DNA of 64,000 bases from an uncultured Mycoplasmatota bacterium (lineage in GTDB: Bacteria > Bacillota_I > Bacilli_A > RF39 > UBA660): positions 5,011-69,010 of the forward strand of contig CANSFI010000003.1 in the NCBI GenBank assembly GCA_947646095.1, in the 5' to 3' direction. Below, one piece after another: positions 1 through 12,807 of this stretch; the stretch's first letter is position 1, and every line of letters starts with the position of its first letter. A model generated the notes under the pieces. The model was not told the origin of the DNA. It ran no database searches and worked only from the letters and a program-made list of their open reading frames with translations. The position numbers were made by a program, and so were the translations under genes.

Positions 1-381
1 TTATTAAATAAAAAAATTGAAGAATCTAAACATTTAATCGGTTATTCAAAAGGTTCTCTTAAACCAGATAATACTATATTTACAAGTATTATATTAGTTG
101 ATGATTTAATATATAAAGCAGTTGACAGAAAAGTTGAATATTTAGAAAATCAAAAAGATAAAATTGATAAAGTATGGGATTATGTTAATTGTATGCAAGG
201 AAATATAAGAAGTGAAGCTGAAAGAATAAAACAATTACCTCATATAAAAGATACTGCTAAAGATGAAATAACTTTTAAAATAAATGACGAAATGTTTACT
301 TTAACAAGTAAAATAACAGATGAAGAAGGAATTAATTTTTATAATAAAGTTGTTAATGATATTTTAGAACTAATTAAATAA
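1..381 (+). CDS. hypothetical protein, 5' end outside the window
   Basis: Frame 1 is open from base 1 (LLNKKIEESKHLIGYS...) directly into the listed 193..381 ORF; stop TAA 379-381; no recognisable motif. Confidence 0.45.
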   Translation, partial: LLNKKIEESKHLIGYSKGSLKPDNTIFTSIILVDDLIYKAVDRKVEYLENQKDKIDKVWDYVNCMQGNIRSEAERIKQLPHIKDTAKDEITFKINDEMFTLTSKITDEEGINFYNKVVNDILELIK

Positions 382-393
382 GGAGCAATATTT

Positions 394-1758
394 ATGGAAG
401 AAACTTATTATTTTAACTATATGTTTCAAATGAATCGCAAATCAACTACTGATAAAATTGAAAATATGAATGCTATTATTAATAAATTAATAGAAGAAAT
501 CCAAAGTAAAAATTTATCTCCCATAGAACAAGTAATGTATGTGTATGATTATGTAAAAAGTTTTGAATTTGCAAAAAATGATACATCAATAGAAAAAAGA
601 CAAGTTGATTGTGTACTGACTGATAAAAAAGCAGTTTGTGCTGGATTTTCAGACACATTTAATGAAATATTAAGAAGAATGGGATTTAAAACAGCAATAA
701 TTGAAAGTTTTGTTGGTGATGTTTCTCACATGAATTCCATTGTTGAAATAATTGATCCTAAATACGAAATAAATGGTATTTATAATTTTGATTCAACCTT
801 TGATTCATCAAATGAAAATAGTTATGCATTTTTTGGAAGAACAATGGAAGAGTTTAATTCGTTAAAACAAAAAAGAAAAGGACGTGGTTGTTCACTTGCA
901 TTAACAGAAGGAAATACTGGCAATAATTTAGATCAAGTGTTAAATGAATTGCCACTTAGAACTATGAATATAATAAATGGATTTTTCCCAACCCAAGAAA
1001 ATTTTGATTACTTGAAAAAAATATATAGTGAAGGTAATGATAAATCAAAATGGAGAGAATTAAATAATCAATATTCATTTCAACTTTTTAATTTAGGATT
1101 TAAGGTGCGACGTTCTGAAAGAATTCCAACAGATATTTTAGAAAGAATATTATATAATGTTTGGAAAACTAAAATTTCTTCAGAAGGGTTAGAGACTAAA
1201 ATATTTAAAATTAAGCAGGAAACTAATTCAAATTTTGAAAAATATTATAGTGATCCACGATTGATATTTAAAATAGAAAATGAAAATTATATCAAAGAAG
1301 TTGATTATGAATCATATATGGATAGAATTGATGAAATATTGGATGGTAAAGAAGAAAATGATGAGATTATTTCCATATTTGAATTTGTAAACGGGCAAAA
1401 TAGCACAGTAGTTCATCGATTAATTAAAAATAGCAATGATAGTAAGGAAATCTTATTAGAATCAGAATTTGACAATAATTATGATTTTTGGAAAAAACTA
1501 TTATCGCCAGAATTAGAAAGATATATTAGTAGATGTGATTTTCCTGTTGGTGAAATTAGTAAACCAGAATATGTAAATTTTAATATTAGGGATTATAGAA
1601 TGAATTCGGCAAACGGATTATCCTTATCTATAGAGGCATGTGATTTAGAATACCTTAGATCGTTGGATATTTATATTAAGAAGAAATATATAGCACAAGA
1701 AATGAGTCAAGAATCTTTGAATAAATACACCGATACTAATTCTAGTATAAGAAAATAA
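394..1758 (+). CDS. transglutaminase-like (papain-fold) cysteine peptidase domain protein
   Basis: aaggag RBS just upstream; KKAVCAGFSDTFNEILRRMGF ... SHMNSIVEI ... YNFDSTFD fits the Cys/His/Asp core of transglutaminase-like enzymes. Confidence 0.55.
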   Translation: MEETYYFNYMFQMNRKSTTDKIENMNAIINKLIEEIQSKNLSPIEQVMYVYDYVKSFEFAKNDTSIEKRQVDCVLTDKKAVCAGFSDTFNEILRRMGFKTAIIESFVGDVSHMNSIVEIIDPKYEINGIYNFDSTFDSSNENSYAFFGRTMEEFNSLKQKRKGRGCSLALTEGNTGNNLDQVLNELPLRTMNIINGFFPTQENFDYLKKIYSEGNDKSKWRELNNQYSFQLFNLGFKVRRSERIPTDILERILYNVWKTKISSEGLETKIFKIKQETNSNFEKYYSDPRLIFKIENENYIKEVDYESYMDRIDEILDGKEENDEIISIFEFVNGQNSTVVHRLIKNSNDSKEILLESEFDNNYDFWKKLLSPELERYISRCDFPVGEISKPEYVNFNIRDYRMNSANGLSLSIEACDLEYLRSLDIYIKKKYIAQEMSQESLNKYTDTNSSIRK

Positions 1759-1859
1759 TGTTCAAAACATAATATCAATTAATTTGAAAAACTAATATAT
1801 TCTATTATTAAATAATTTTGAATAATTTATAGAAAATTAACAAAAATAGTACAAATATA

Positions 1860-1888
1860 TTGTTACTTTCATATTTATTCGGTAGAAT
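1860..1888 (+). promoter_or_regulatory. sigma-A-like promoter TTGTTA-N17-TAGAAT in front of repeat copy E
   Basis: Hexamers and 17-nt spacer read directly; AT-rich background makes chance matches common. Confidence 0.35.
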
Positions 1889-1930
1889 TATAGTAAAAAT
1901 TGATACAAATTAGTATTAATTCCTAATTTA

Positions 1931-2032
1931 GTGAAAAAGTTATAGATACCAACCACTATCACACTATTAGAAAATTTGTTTGAACTATTTAAACTTTTAG
2001 ATATAGAATCAATTCGATTGAATTATTTTTCT
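1931..2032 (+). repeat. copy E of the tRNA-Thr-trailer-like structured module (hairpin, CAC-A box, spacer, terminator hairpin + T-run)
   Basis: Aligns by eye to 21950-22030, 24857-24971 and 26651-26755: GTTATAG..CTATCAC hairpin 1939-1962, ..ATTAGAAAATTTGTTTGAACTATTTA.., hairpin ATCAAT/ATTGA and T-run ending at 2030. Confidence 0.6.
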
Positions 2033-2111
2033 GTTTTTATAAATTAATAAAGTTTAGTTTTAATTATTTTTAATTTATGGTAAAATATTTATAGAAAAAG
2101 GATCGATAAAT

Positions 2112-3116
2112 ATGGAATTTATAAATATTGAAGAAATAACTAAACAAAAGAAAATTAAATATGAAGAAATTTATGATAAAATATTAAAACAAACTTTAAG
2201 TTTATTAAATAAAATAATGAATAAAAAAAATATATATTTAGAAATATCAATGGATAAAATAGATTTTGATGAAATAGAATATATATTAAAAAGAGAAACT
2301 ATTTATTTTGAAAGTGTTTTAATGCTTATAGGTTCATTAAAAAAATGGAATAAAAAAGGTAAAACAAAGGAAACTAAAAAACAAAAAATAATCAAATATG
2401 CTAATTTATATAACAGTTCTTTAATAGAATTAAATCATTATATCAAAATAGAAACAGATATAATAGAATATGGATATAATATTATTGAAAAAAATAATAT
2501 AGATAAATTAATAAAACTATTTAAAGAAATGCTAAAATATAAGAATAAAGAATATAATAGTAATTCTTTTAAAGATTTGCTAGATTTCATAGATATAAGC
2601 TATCATTATTATCATAAAGAATTACAAAAACTATCTGATATTATATTTAATAATGAAGTATCAATAGATAACATAAATATTAAAGTAAATGATATAGAAA
2701 AAATAATTAGTTTAGAATATTTATATAATATTTTAACAGAAGAAAAAAATGATTATAAAAATTATGCTTATTATTATAAAGAATTTGAATTAAATAATGG
2801 TAAATCATATAAAGATTTATATAATAATTTAAAAGATAAATTAATAAAATTATTTAAAGAAATGCTAGATTATCTAAATATAGACTATGATAAAAATAGT
2901 AATGAGCTTGAATATTTCCAAGTATTAATGATGAATTATTATCCATATTATATAGAAACATTAGAATATTTAGATAAAATCATTTATAACCCCAATCAAA
3001 CTTATATAGAACTATTAAATAATTTAGAAAACATATATAATAAGTTTTCTAAAGATTTTAAAAGTAACAAACAACTATTAGAAGATTACCAAAAACTTGT
3101 TGAAATAAAAAAATAA
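2112..3116 (+). CDS. hypothetical K/N/Y-rich protein with an internal duplication
   Basis: ORF with RBS aaaaagga; DKLIKLFKEML..Y...Y..NS occurs twice (aa ~131 and ~242; nt ~2502 and ~2835). Confidence 0.45.
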   Translation: MEFINIEEITKQKKIKYEEIYDKILKQTLSLLNKIMNKKNIYLEISMDKIDFDEIEYILKRETIYFESVLMLIGSLKKWNKKGKTKETKKQKIIKYANLYNSSLIELNHYIKIETDIIEYGYNIIEKNNIDKLIKLFKEMLKYKNKEYNSNSFKDLLDFIDISYHYYHKELQKLSDIIFNNEVSIDNINIKVNDIEKIISLEYLYNILTEEKNDYKNYAYYYKEFELNNGKSYKDLYNNLKDKLIKLFKEMLDYLNIDYDKNSNELEYFQVLMMNYYPYYIETLEYLDKIIYNPNQTYIELLNNLENIYNKFSKDFKSNKQLLEDYQKLVEIKK

Positions 3117-3216
3117 AATGTAGAAATATGTATATTTATTAAATGATAAATATACTTTTTTTGACTTTTTTCTTAAAAATATTTAGATATAATAACCATA
3201 GAAAAGAGAGATCAAT

Positions 3217-4143
3217 ATGAAAAAAAACATTCTTATTTTATGCTTATTATTTTTAATACCAATTAAAGTAACTGCTATAGATAAAAAACCAACTATAGAA
3301 GGAAATATAGTATATGCTAATGGATATGCAATTACAATAAAAGAACGTAAAGATGGACTAGATGGAGCTACTATAAGCTGGAATAACGGTTCATTTAACG
3401 TAGACGATAGTGCCATTATATTTGGAGGAGGTAAACCAATAGAGTCTTATGTTGGAAGTAACATAACAATGACAGGAGGAACAGTTTCAACTATATATGG
3501 AGGTGGTAACGGAACTGTAAACACAAATAGTGATGTTGGTACTAGTTACATAACTATAGATGGAGGCGTAGTTACTAATGCTGTATATGGTGGTGGGCAA
3601 GGTTACTCTCATGTTGATAGAACAAGTATTTTAGTAAGTGGAAATGCTGAAATACCTTATTTAATAGGAGGCGGTATTGATGGTAGAACCGATGAAATAA
3701 TAATAGAAGCTATGGGAAGCAATATTAAAGTTATGCAAAGTTTTAATAGAGGAACTATTGGTAATGTTAGTGCTAAAATTAATGGTGCTAATATAAATTA
3801 TTTATATACACTAGGCGATAATACTGATACATCTGTAACAGGCAAAATAGATGATACTGCTAATATAAAATTAGATATTACCAGTGGTAAAATAAACAAT
3901 TTAAAATTAGGTATTAATGATACAGAAATACCTACAGATACTTCTAAAATTTACATTACATATATAGATAATACAATTGATAATATTGAAGAAAAATTTA
4001 CCAATTTAGATTTAATAACTCCTACTATAAATCCTATTTTAGATGATGTACCAAAAACAGGAATAACTAAAAAAATATCTTTTGAAACCATTATATTAAC
4101 TTTTATATTAGGCGTATTTTTAAAAATAAAACTAACTAGATAA
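3217..4143 (+). CDS. sortase-anchored surface protein with Gly-rich beta-helix-like repeats
   Basis: N-terminal signal peptide (MKKNILILCLLFLIPIKVTA); repeated (Y)GGG motifs; C-terminal VPKTG followed by a hydrophobic stretch and KIKLTR tail, which is a cell-wall sorting signal. Confidence 0.7.
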   Translation: MKKNILILCLLFLIPIKVTAIDKKPTIEGNIVYANGYAITIKERKDGLDGATISWNNGSFNVDDSAIIFGGGKPIESYVGSNITMTGGTVSTIYGGGNGTVNTNSDVGTSYITIDGGVVTNAVYGGGQGYSHVDRTSILVSGNAEIPYLIGGGIDGRTDEIIIEAMGSNIKVMQSFNRGTIGNVSAKINGANINYLYTLGDNTDTSVTGKIDDTANIKLDITSGKINNLKLGINDTEIPTDTSKIYITYIDNTIDNIEEKFTNLDLITPTINPILDDVPKTGITKKISFETIILTFILGVFLKIKLTR

Positions 4144-4144
4144 A

Positions 4145-4852
4145 ATGCATAAACGTTTAATAATTTTATTACTTTTATTAATAATAACAATGGTTTTAAA
4201 AAATATAAGTGATACTAAAATAGTTCATTATCCAACTAAAATAGAAGTATTAAATCCTGTAGTAAATAGTAGTGAACCTAATTTAATTAGGAAAATGGCT
4301 ACAGAAAATAATCAAATATATGGTTGGATTAATATAAATGATACTAAAATAGATTATCCTGTTATGTATAGTGGAGATGATTATTATTTAAATCATGATT
4401 TTTATCACAATAAATATGATTATGGTAGTTTATTTATTGATAAACATAATAGTATATATCCAAGAGATATCAATTTAATAATTCATGGTCACAATGCTTC
4501 TAATGGTACTATGTTTGGAAGTTTAAAAAAATATAAAGATTATAATTATTACTTAAATCATAAAACATTTACATTTGAAACAGAAGAACAAAAGTATGAA
4601 TATGAAATAATAGCAGTTTTTTTATCAAAAATTTATTATACTACTGATAATAATTTTAAATACTATAAATTCTATAATACTAATAGTGAAAATATTTATA
4701 ATGAATTTATTAAAAATGTAAAAAAGCTAAGTTTGTATGATACAAAAATAACACCTAAATTTCCAAACAATTTAATTACTTTATCTACTTGTGATGATAA
4801 TAATGAAAATGGAAGATTAGTAGTAATAGCTAGAGAAGTCACTACCATATAG
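4145..4852 (+). CDS. srtB: class B sortase
   Basis: N-terminal TM; GWININDTKIDYPVMY, IHGHN and TLSTC motifs, then a conserved Arg (GRLVVIAREV); starts 1 nt after the substrate gene. Confidence 0.8.
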   Translation: MHKRLIILLLLLIITMVLKNISDTKIVHYPTKIEVLNPVVNSSEPNLIRKMATENNQIYGWININDTKIDYPVMYSGDDYYLNHDFYHNKYDYGSLFIDKHNSIYPRDINLIIHGHNASNGTMFGSLKKYKDYNYYLNHKTFTFETEEQKYEYEIIAVFLSKIYYTTDNNFKYYKFYNTNSENIYNEFIKNVKKLSLYDTKITPKFPNNLITLSTCDDNNENGRLVVIAREVTTI

Positions 4853-4907
4853 TGATTTTTTTCTATACATTTAAATTATAAAATGTTATAATTAAAGAGG
4901 TGATATA

Positions 4908-6038
4908 ATGATATATTTAGATTATTCAGCAAATACTCCTATTAATAAGGAAGTTTTAGATAGTTTTTATAAAGTATCCTTAAATTATCCAGGTAATCCT
5001 AATTCTTTACATAGTTTAGGAGTTAAATCCAAACAATTAATTGATGCTTCAACTAAACAGATTTCAGATATTTTAAAAATTAAACCAGAAGAAATAATTT
5101 ATACAAGTGATTCTTCAGAAGCTAATAATTTAGCAATTAAAGGAATAGCATTTAAATATCAAAATAGAGGTAAACACATAATAACAACTCCATATGAACA
5201 TTCTTCAATATATGGACCTTTAAATTATTTACAAACATTAGGTTTTGAAGTAGATTTTGTACAAATGAATGAAGATGGTACTGTTAATATAGATAATTTA
5301 AAAAAACTACTTAGAAATGATACTATATTAGTAACAATTAACTCAGTTAATAGTGAAATAGGAATCAAGGAACCATTGGAAGAAATAGGAAAAATAATTA
5401 AAGAAAATTCAAAAGCTTTTTTTCATGCTGATATTACTCAAGCAGTTGGTAAAATTGAAATAGATTTAACTAACATTGATTTAGCTAGTTTTACAGCTCA
5501 TAAATTTTTTGGAATTAATGGGATTGGATGTTTAATTAAAAAAGATAAAATAATGCTAGAACCATTAATCCATGGAGGAAAAAGCACAACCATTTATAGA
5601 AGTGGAACTCCTTATTTAGGACTTATTGTTTCAATGTCTAAAGCTCTAAGAATAGCTTATGAAAATTTTGATCATAAATATAATCATGTACTAGAACTAA
5701 ATAAATATTTAAAAGAGCAATTAAAAAAATACAAAAATGTTCGCATTAATAGTATAGATACTTGCATACCACATATATTAAACTTTAGTGTCATTGGTGT
5801 TAAACCAGAAACTTTATTACATGCTTTGGAACAAGATGAAATCTATATTTCTACTAAGTCAGCATGTTCTAGTAGTAATTCTTTTTCTAAATCAGTATTA
5901 GAATTAACTAAATCAATGGAGCAAGCTAAAAGTAGTCTTCGAATAAGTCTTTCTTATATAACAACTAAAGAGGAATTAGATATATTTTTATCTTCTTTTG
6001 ATAAATATTACAAACAATTAGTTCATGAAAATAAATAA
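4908..6038 (+). CDS. cysteine desulfurase (class V aminotransferase, NifS/IscS-like)
   Basis: MIYLDYSANTP start, PLP-lysine context SFTAHKFFG, catalytic Cys context STKSACSS. Confidence 0.85.
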   Translation: MIYLDYSANTPINKEVLDSFYKVSLNYPGNPNSLHSLGVKSKQLIDASTKQISDILKIKPEEIIYTSDSSEANNLAIKGIAFKYQNRGKHIITTPYEHSSIYGPLNYLQTLGFEVDFVQMNEDGTVNIDNLKKLLRNDTILVTINSVNSEIGIKEPLEEIGKIIKENSKAFFHADITQAVGKIEIDLTNIDLASFTAHKFFGINGIGCLIKKDKIMLEPLIHGGKSTTIYRSGTPYLGLIVSMSKALRIAYENFDHKYNHVLELNKYLKEQLKKYKNVRINSIDTCIPHILNFSVIGVKPETLLHALEQDEIYISTKSACSSSNSFSKSVLELTKSMEQAKSSLRISLSYITTKEELDIFLSSFDKYYKQLVHENK

Positions 6039-6645
6039 TCCTAAAATAAATAATTTAGAACAAAATAAATTAGTATTTAATAATGAAATAATAACAGGTA
6101 GTTTTAATAAAGAAGAATTAGAAAACTTAAATTTTAAAGATATAGAATTTAATGAATGTAGTTTTAATAACTTTTCAATAATTAATTCAAATTTATCTAG
6201 AAGTTTATTTATAGATATAATATTTAAAAACTGTGATTTATCTAATACTAGTTTAGAATTATCGTCATTTAGAAGAATTATATTTGAAGATTGTAAATTA
6301 ATAGGTACAGACTTTAGTTCATCAGGATTAAATGATATAAGTTTTATAAATTGTAAATTAGATTATAGTAACTTTTCACTTTCAAAATTAAAAAATGTAG
6401 AATTTACAAATTCTGAATTGATACATGTTAGTATTAACAATTCTAAATTAGATCAAGTTTATTTTAATGAATCAAAACTAATAGATATAGAATTTATTGA
6501 TACTAGTTTAAACAAAATAGATTTATCTACTTCTGATTTAGAGGGAATAAATATTAAAAACAAAGATTTAAAAGGTTGCATTGTAAATATAGAACAAGCT
6601 TTATATTTAGTAAGTTATTTGGGAATAATTATAAAAGATAGGTGA
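6025..6645 (+). CDS. pentapeptide-repeat protein
   Basis: Long run of A(D/N)LxX-type five-residue repeats (NLSRSLFIDIIFKNCDLSNTSLELSSFRRIIFEDCKL...). Confidence 0.8.
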   Translation: MKINNPKINNLEQNKLVFNNEIITGSFNKEELENLNFKDIEFNECSFNNFSIINSNLSRSLFIDIIFKNCDLSNTSLELSSFRRIIFEDCKLIGTDFSSSGLNDISFINCKLDYSNFSLSKLKNVEFTNSELIHVSINNSKLDQVYFNESKLIDIEFIDTSLNKIDLSTSDLEGINIKNKDLKGCIVNIEQALYLVSYLGIIIKDR

Positions 6646-6649
6646 TGTT

Positions 6650-6910
6650 ATGAAAATAGTTAAAATAAGTGCAATATGGTGTGGTGGTTGCCTAGTTATG
6701 AATAAAGCATTTAATAATATTAATAAAAAATATGACGATTTAGAAATAATTTCTTTAGATTATGATATAGATAATGAAGAAGTAAAAAAATATAATATTG
6801 GAGATATTTTACCAGTAATTATATTTTATCAAAACGATATAGAAATAAAAAGAATAAATGGTGAAATAAAAGAACAACAATTAATTAATATAATAGAGGA
6901 ATTAAAATGA
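6650..6910 (+). CDS. small thioredoxin-like protein
   Basis: WCGGC active-site motif at the N-terminus, 86 aa. Confidence 0.7.
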   Translation: MKIVKISAIWCGGCLVMNKAFNNINKKYDDLEIISLDYDIDNEEVKKYNIGDILPVIIFYQNDIEIKRINGEIKEQQLINIIEELK

Positions 6911-8118
6911 AAAAATATTTATTAATTTTTTTTACCATTTTATTCTTTCCTTTTATAGCAAGTGCTAAAGAATACAAAGATGTTGTCGCTCCTATAGTAG
7001 GATTAAATACAAGTGATAATATAACTATTTATTTTTTTCATGGTGATGGTTGTCCACACTGTGCTGATGAAACAATATTTTTACAACAATTAAAAGCTGA
7101 ATATAAAGATAAAATTAATATTATAAAATATGAAACTTGGTACAACGAAAGTAATGAACAACTTATGAATAAAGTAAAAGAATATTTTAATTCATCTGCT
7201 AGAGGAGTTCCTTTCACAGTAGTTGGTGAAGAATACTTTAGTGGTTATAATTCATATATAGGTGAAGATATAAAATCTGCTATTGATGATTACTTTAATC
7301 CCAAATCAAGTGATAAAAATGAAGAAAACAATACTGAAACAAAAAATAATGAAGAGATAGAAAATAATAAAGAAACAACTATACCTATTTTAGGTAAAAT
7401 TAATATGAAAAAAGTATCAATCCCTATAGTAGCTATTATATTAGGTATTTTAGATGGCTTTAATCCATGTGCTATGTGGATATTACTTTTCCTAATTAAT
7501 ATGCTATTTACAATGAAAGATAGAAAAAAAATGTGGGTTTTAGGTTTTACATTTCTATTTACATCAGCATTCGTTTATTTTTTAGCAATGTTAGGATTAA
7601 ATGTAGTTTTATCATTTACAACTATAAATTGGGTTAGATCTTTAATTGGTATTGTAGCTTTAATAGGCGGAATAATTAATATTAGAAGCTATATTAAAAC
7701 TAAAGAAGATGGATGTCATATTGTAGATGATAAAAAAAGAAATAAATATTTTAATAAAATTAGAAAATTTACATCAGAACAAAGTTTCATTTTATCTTTA
7801 ATAGGAGTAATAACTCTAGCTGCATCTGTTAATTTAGTTGAACTAGCTTGTTCTACTGGTTTTCCTACCATATTTATAGAACTTTTAAATATTAATAATT
7901 TAACTCAAATTCAAGATATACTATATATTTTACTTTATATTTTCTTTTTCTTAATAGATGATTTAGTTGTATTTATAATCGCGATGACTACTTTAAAACT
8001 TACTGGTATCTCTACTAAATATAATAGATTATCTCATTTAATAGGTGGTATTATTATGGTTTTAATAGGAATAATACTTATATTAAAACCAGAATGGTTA
8101 ATGTTTAATTTTAGTTAA
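6907..8118 (+). CDS. membrane thiol-disulfide oxidoreductase (secreted Trx-fold domain fused to a polytopic CcdA/DsbD-like domain)
   Basis: Signal peptide, CPHC motif, then ~6 TM segments containing GFNPCAMW; overlaps the Trx gene by 4 nt. Confidence 0.6.
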   Translation: MKKYLLIFFTILFFPFIASAKEYKDVVAPIVGLNTSDNITIYFFHGDGCPHCADETIFLQQLKAEYKDKINIIKYETWYNESNEQLMNKVKEYFNSSARGVPFTVVGEEYFSGYNSYIGEDIKSAIDDYFNPKSSDKNEENNTETKNNEEIENNKETTIPILGKINMKKVSIPIVAIILGILDGFNPCAMWILLFLINMLFTMKDRKKMWVLGFTFLFTSAFVYFLAMLGLNVVLSFTTINWVRSLIGIVALIGGIINIRSYIKTKEDGCHIVDDKKRNKYFNKIRKFTSEQSFILSLIGVITLAASVNLVELACSTGFPTIFIELLNINNLTQIQDILYILLYIFFFLIDDLVVFIIAMTTLKLTGISTKYNRLSHLIGGIIMVLIGIILILKPEWLMFNFS

Positions 8119-8144
8119 AATAACAGATTAATTCTGTTATTTTA
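8119..8144 (+). terminator. intrinsic terminator
   Basis: AATAACAG-attaatt-CTGTTATT followed by T's directly after the stop at 8118. Confidence 0.6.
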
Positions 8145-8349
8145 TGTTACAATTTCATTGTTAAATTTATAATAAAATATAGACAAAGTAAAATTAATAT
8201 AATAGGTGATAACAAAAAACGATTATATTAAAAAGCAAATACAATAAAAGTAGTAAAACCACTACTTTTTATTATGTTAATTAAACATTAAAAATTAAAT
8301 TATTGAACAATCATAAATATTAGTGATATAATATTATAGAGGTGTTAGA

Positions 8350-11215
<2,866 letters not shown>

Positions 11216-11312
11216 ATAATCACCAATATTAATATATCATATTAAATAATGTTTGACAAATAAACAAAAAAAGTATAAAATGATATTAGCGTACAAGATG
11301 GAGAGGATATGT

Positions 11313-11510
11313 ATGAGATTAGATAATAAAGGTCAAGCATTAGTAGAATATTTACTTATTATAGCTGTTATAAGCGTTGTAGTAGTAAGCTTAGTTAAAT
11401 TATTAGGTGGATATTTACAAGATTCTGTTACCAAGTCTTCATGCTCATTAATAGATAAAGTTTATGTTGAGGGTAGTAAACCAGGTGAAGGTCAATGTGT
11501 AGATAAATAG
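11313..11510 (+). CDS. Flp/Fap-type (type IVb) prepilin-like protein
   Basis: Internal ATG at 11313 has RBS ggagagga; MRLDNKG/QALVEYLLIIAVISVVVV matches the Flp G/xxxxEY processing motif plus a hydrophobic helix. Confidence 0.6.
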   Translation: MRLDNKGQALVEYLLIIAVISVVVVSLVKLLGGYLQDSVTKSSCSLIDKVYVEGSKPGEGQCVDK

Positions 11511-11583
11511 CATAATATTTTATGTTATTTTCTTTTGAATTTAAGTAATATATGTTATAATGGCATAGGAGGGTATAGGTAGT

Positions 11584-12807
11584 ATGGATGTAAAAGAAAA
11601 AGCTTTAATGTTTGCTGTTGAAGCACATAGAGGTCAAGTTAGAAAAAATGAACCAGATAAACCTAGAATTATTCATCCTATTAGTGTAGGTAAAATACTA
11701 GAATTTTATGGTTGTGATGATAATGTTGTAGCTGCTGGGTATCTTCATGATGTAGTTGAAGATACTAAGTACACTTTAAAAGATATTAAGGATAACTTTG
11801 GAGATGATATTGCACATCTTGTTGATGTAGCAACTGAACCAGATAGAACTCTTTCTTGGGAAGATAGAAAACAATATAAAATAGATTTATTTAAAACTTT
11901 ACCATTACGTGATATATTAGTACCAACTGCTGATAAAATCAACAATATAGAAGAGATAAAACTTTGCTTTACTCGTAATAATAATAGAGATTTTTCTAGA
12001 TTTAAAAGAGGAGAAGAAGCACAATGTTGGTATTATAAAAATGTATACAAAAGTTTAGTAAATGGTGGATATGAAAATTTACCTATGTTTAAAAGATTAA
12101 AAGAAGGAATAGCTAAAGTATTTGATTATAAAGAAAATAATCATAATAAGAAAGGTTCTATAAAATTAAATATAATAAATGCAAAAATAAAAGAATTATC
12201 TAATTTAAGAGAACTTTGTACTTTAGATAAACCACTTATAGTAGAATTTATAGGGACACCAAATACTGGTAAAACAGCCATCATTAATAGCATTGATACT
12301 CTTTTAAAAATAAATTCTTTTAAAAGTAGTACTATTTCTAATGATAAGGTAATAAATGAACAGCTTGAACATTATATGAGTATTTTTAATGATGTGATTT
12401 TAATTGATAAAGGCTTAGGAGATACATTAATTTGGGCATATAGTTTAGCTAGTAAAAAACTAATGAATCCAGAATTAACTAATAAGTTTATAATTGAAAA
12501 TATTGATTATTTTTTAAATTTGGTTGATACATTTATTATAACTTATGGTAATAATCAAACAATGTTAGAAAGAGAAAGAAAGTCTTTAAAAAATAGAGGA
12601 TTTGTTACTCTAGATAATATAGAAGAATATAATAATAATCTTATGAAATACGGTGATTTGATCCAAATATTAAGGAAAAAAGATTGTTTAACTATTAATA
12701 CAGATGATTTATCTATTAATGATATATCTTTATTAGTAACTGATAAAATATTGACTAAAATGAAAACTAAATATTTAGATAGCTTTACTAAAAAGTATTA
12801 TAGATAA
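11584..12807 (+). CDS. RelA/SpoT-type HD hydrolase domain fused to a P-loop NTPase/kinase-like domain
   Basis: N-terminus HRGQVRK..PRIIHP...YLHDVVEDT (HD motif); C-terminal half GTPNTGKT Walker A and VILIDKG Walker-B-like. Confidence 0.6.
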   Translation: MDVKEKALMFAVEAHRGQVRKNEPDKPRIIHPISVGKILEFYGCDDNVVAAGYLHDVVEDTKYTLKDIKDNFGDDIAHLVDVATEPDRTLSWEDRKQYKIDLFKTLPLRDILVPTADKINNIEEIKLCFTRNNNRDFSRFKRGEEAQCWYYKNVYKSLVNGGYENLPMFKRLKEGIAKVFDYKENNHNKKGSIKLNIINAKIKELSNLRELCTLDKPLIVEFIGTPNTGKTAIINSIDTLLKINSFKSSTISNDKVINEQLEHYMSIFNDVILIDKGLGDTLIWAYSLASKKLMNPELTNKFIIENIDYFLNLVDTFIITYGNNQTMLERERKSLKNRGFVTLDNIEEYNNNLMKYGDLIQILRKKDCLTINTDDLSINDISLLVTDKILTKMKTKYLDSFTKKYYR

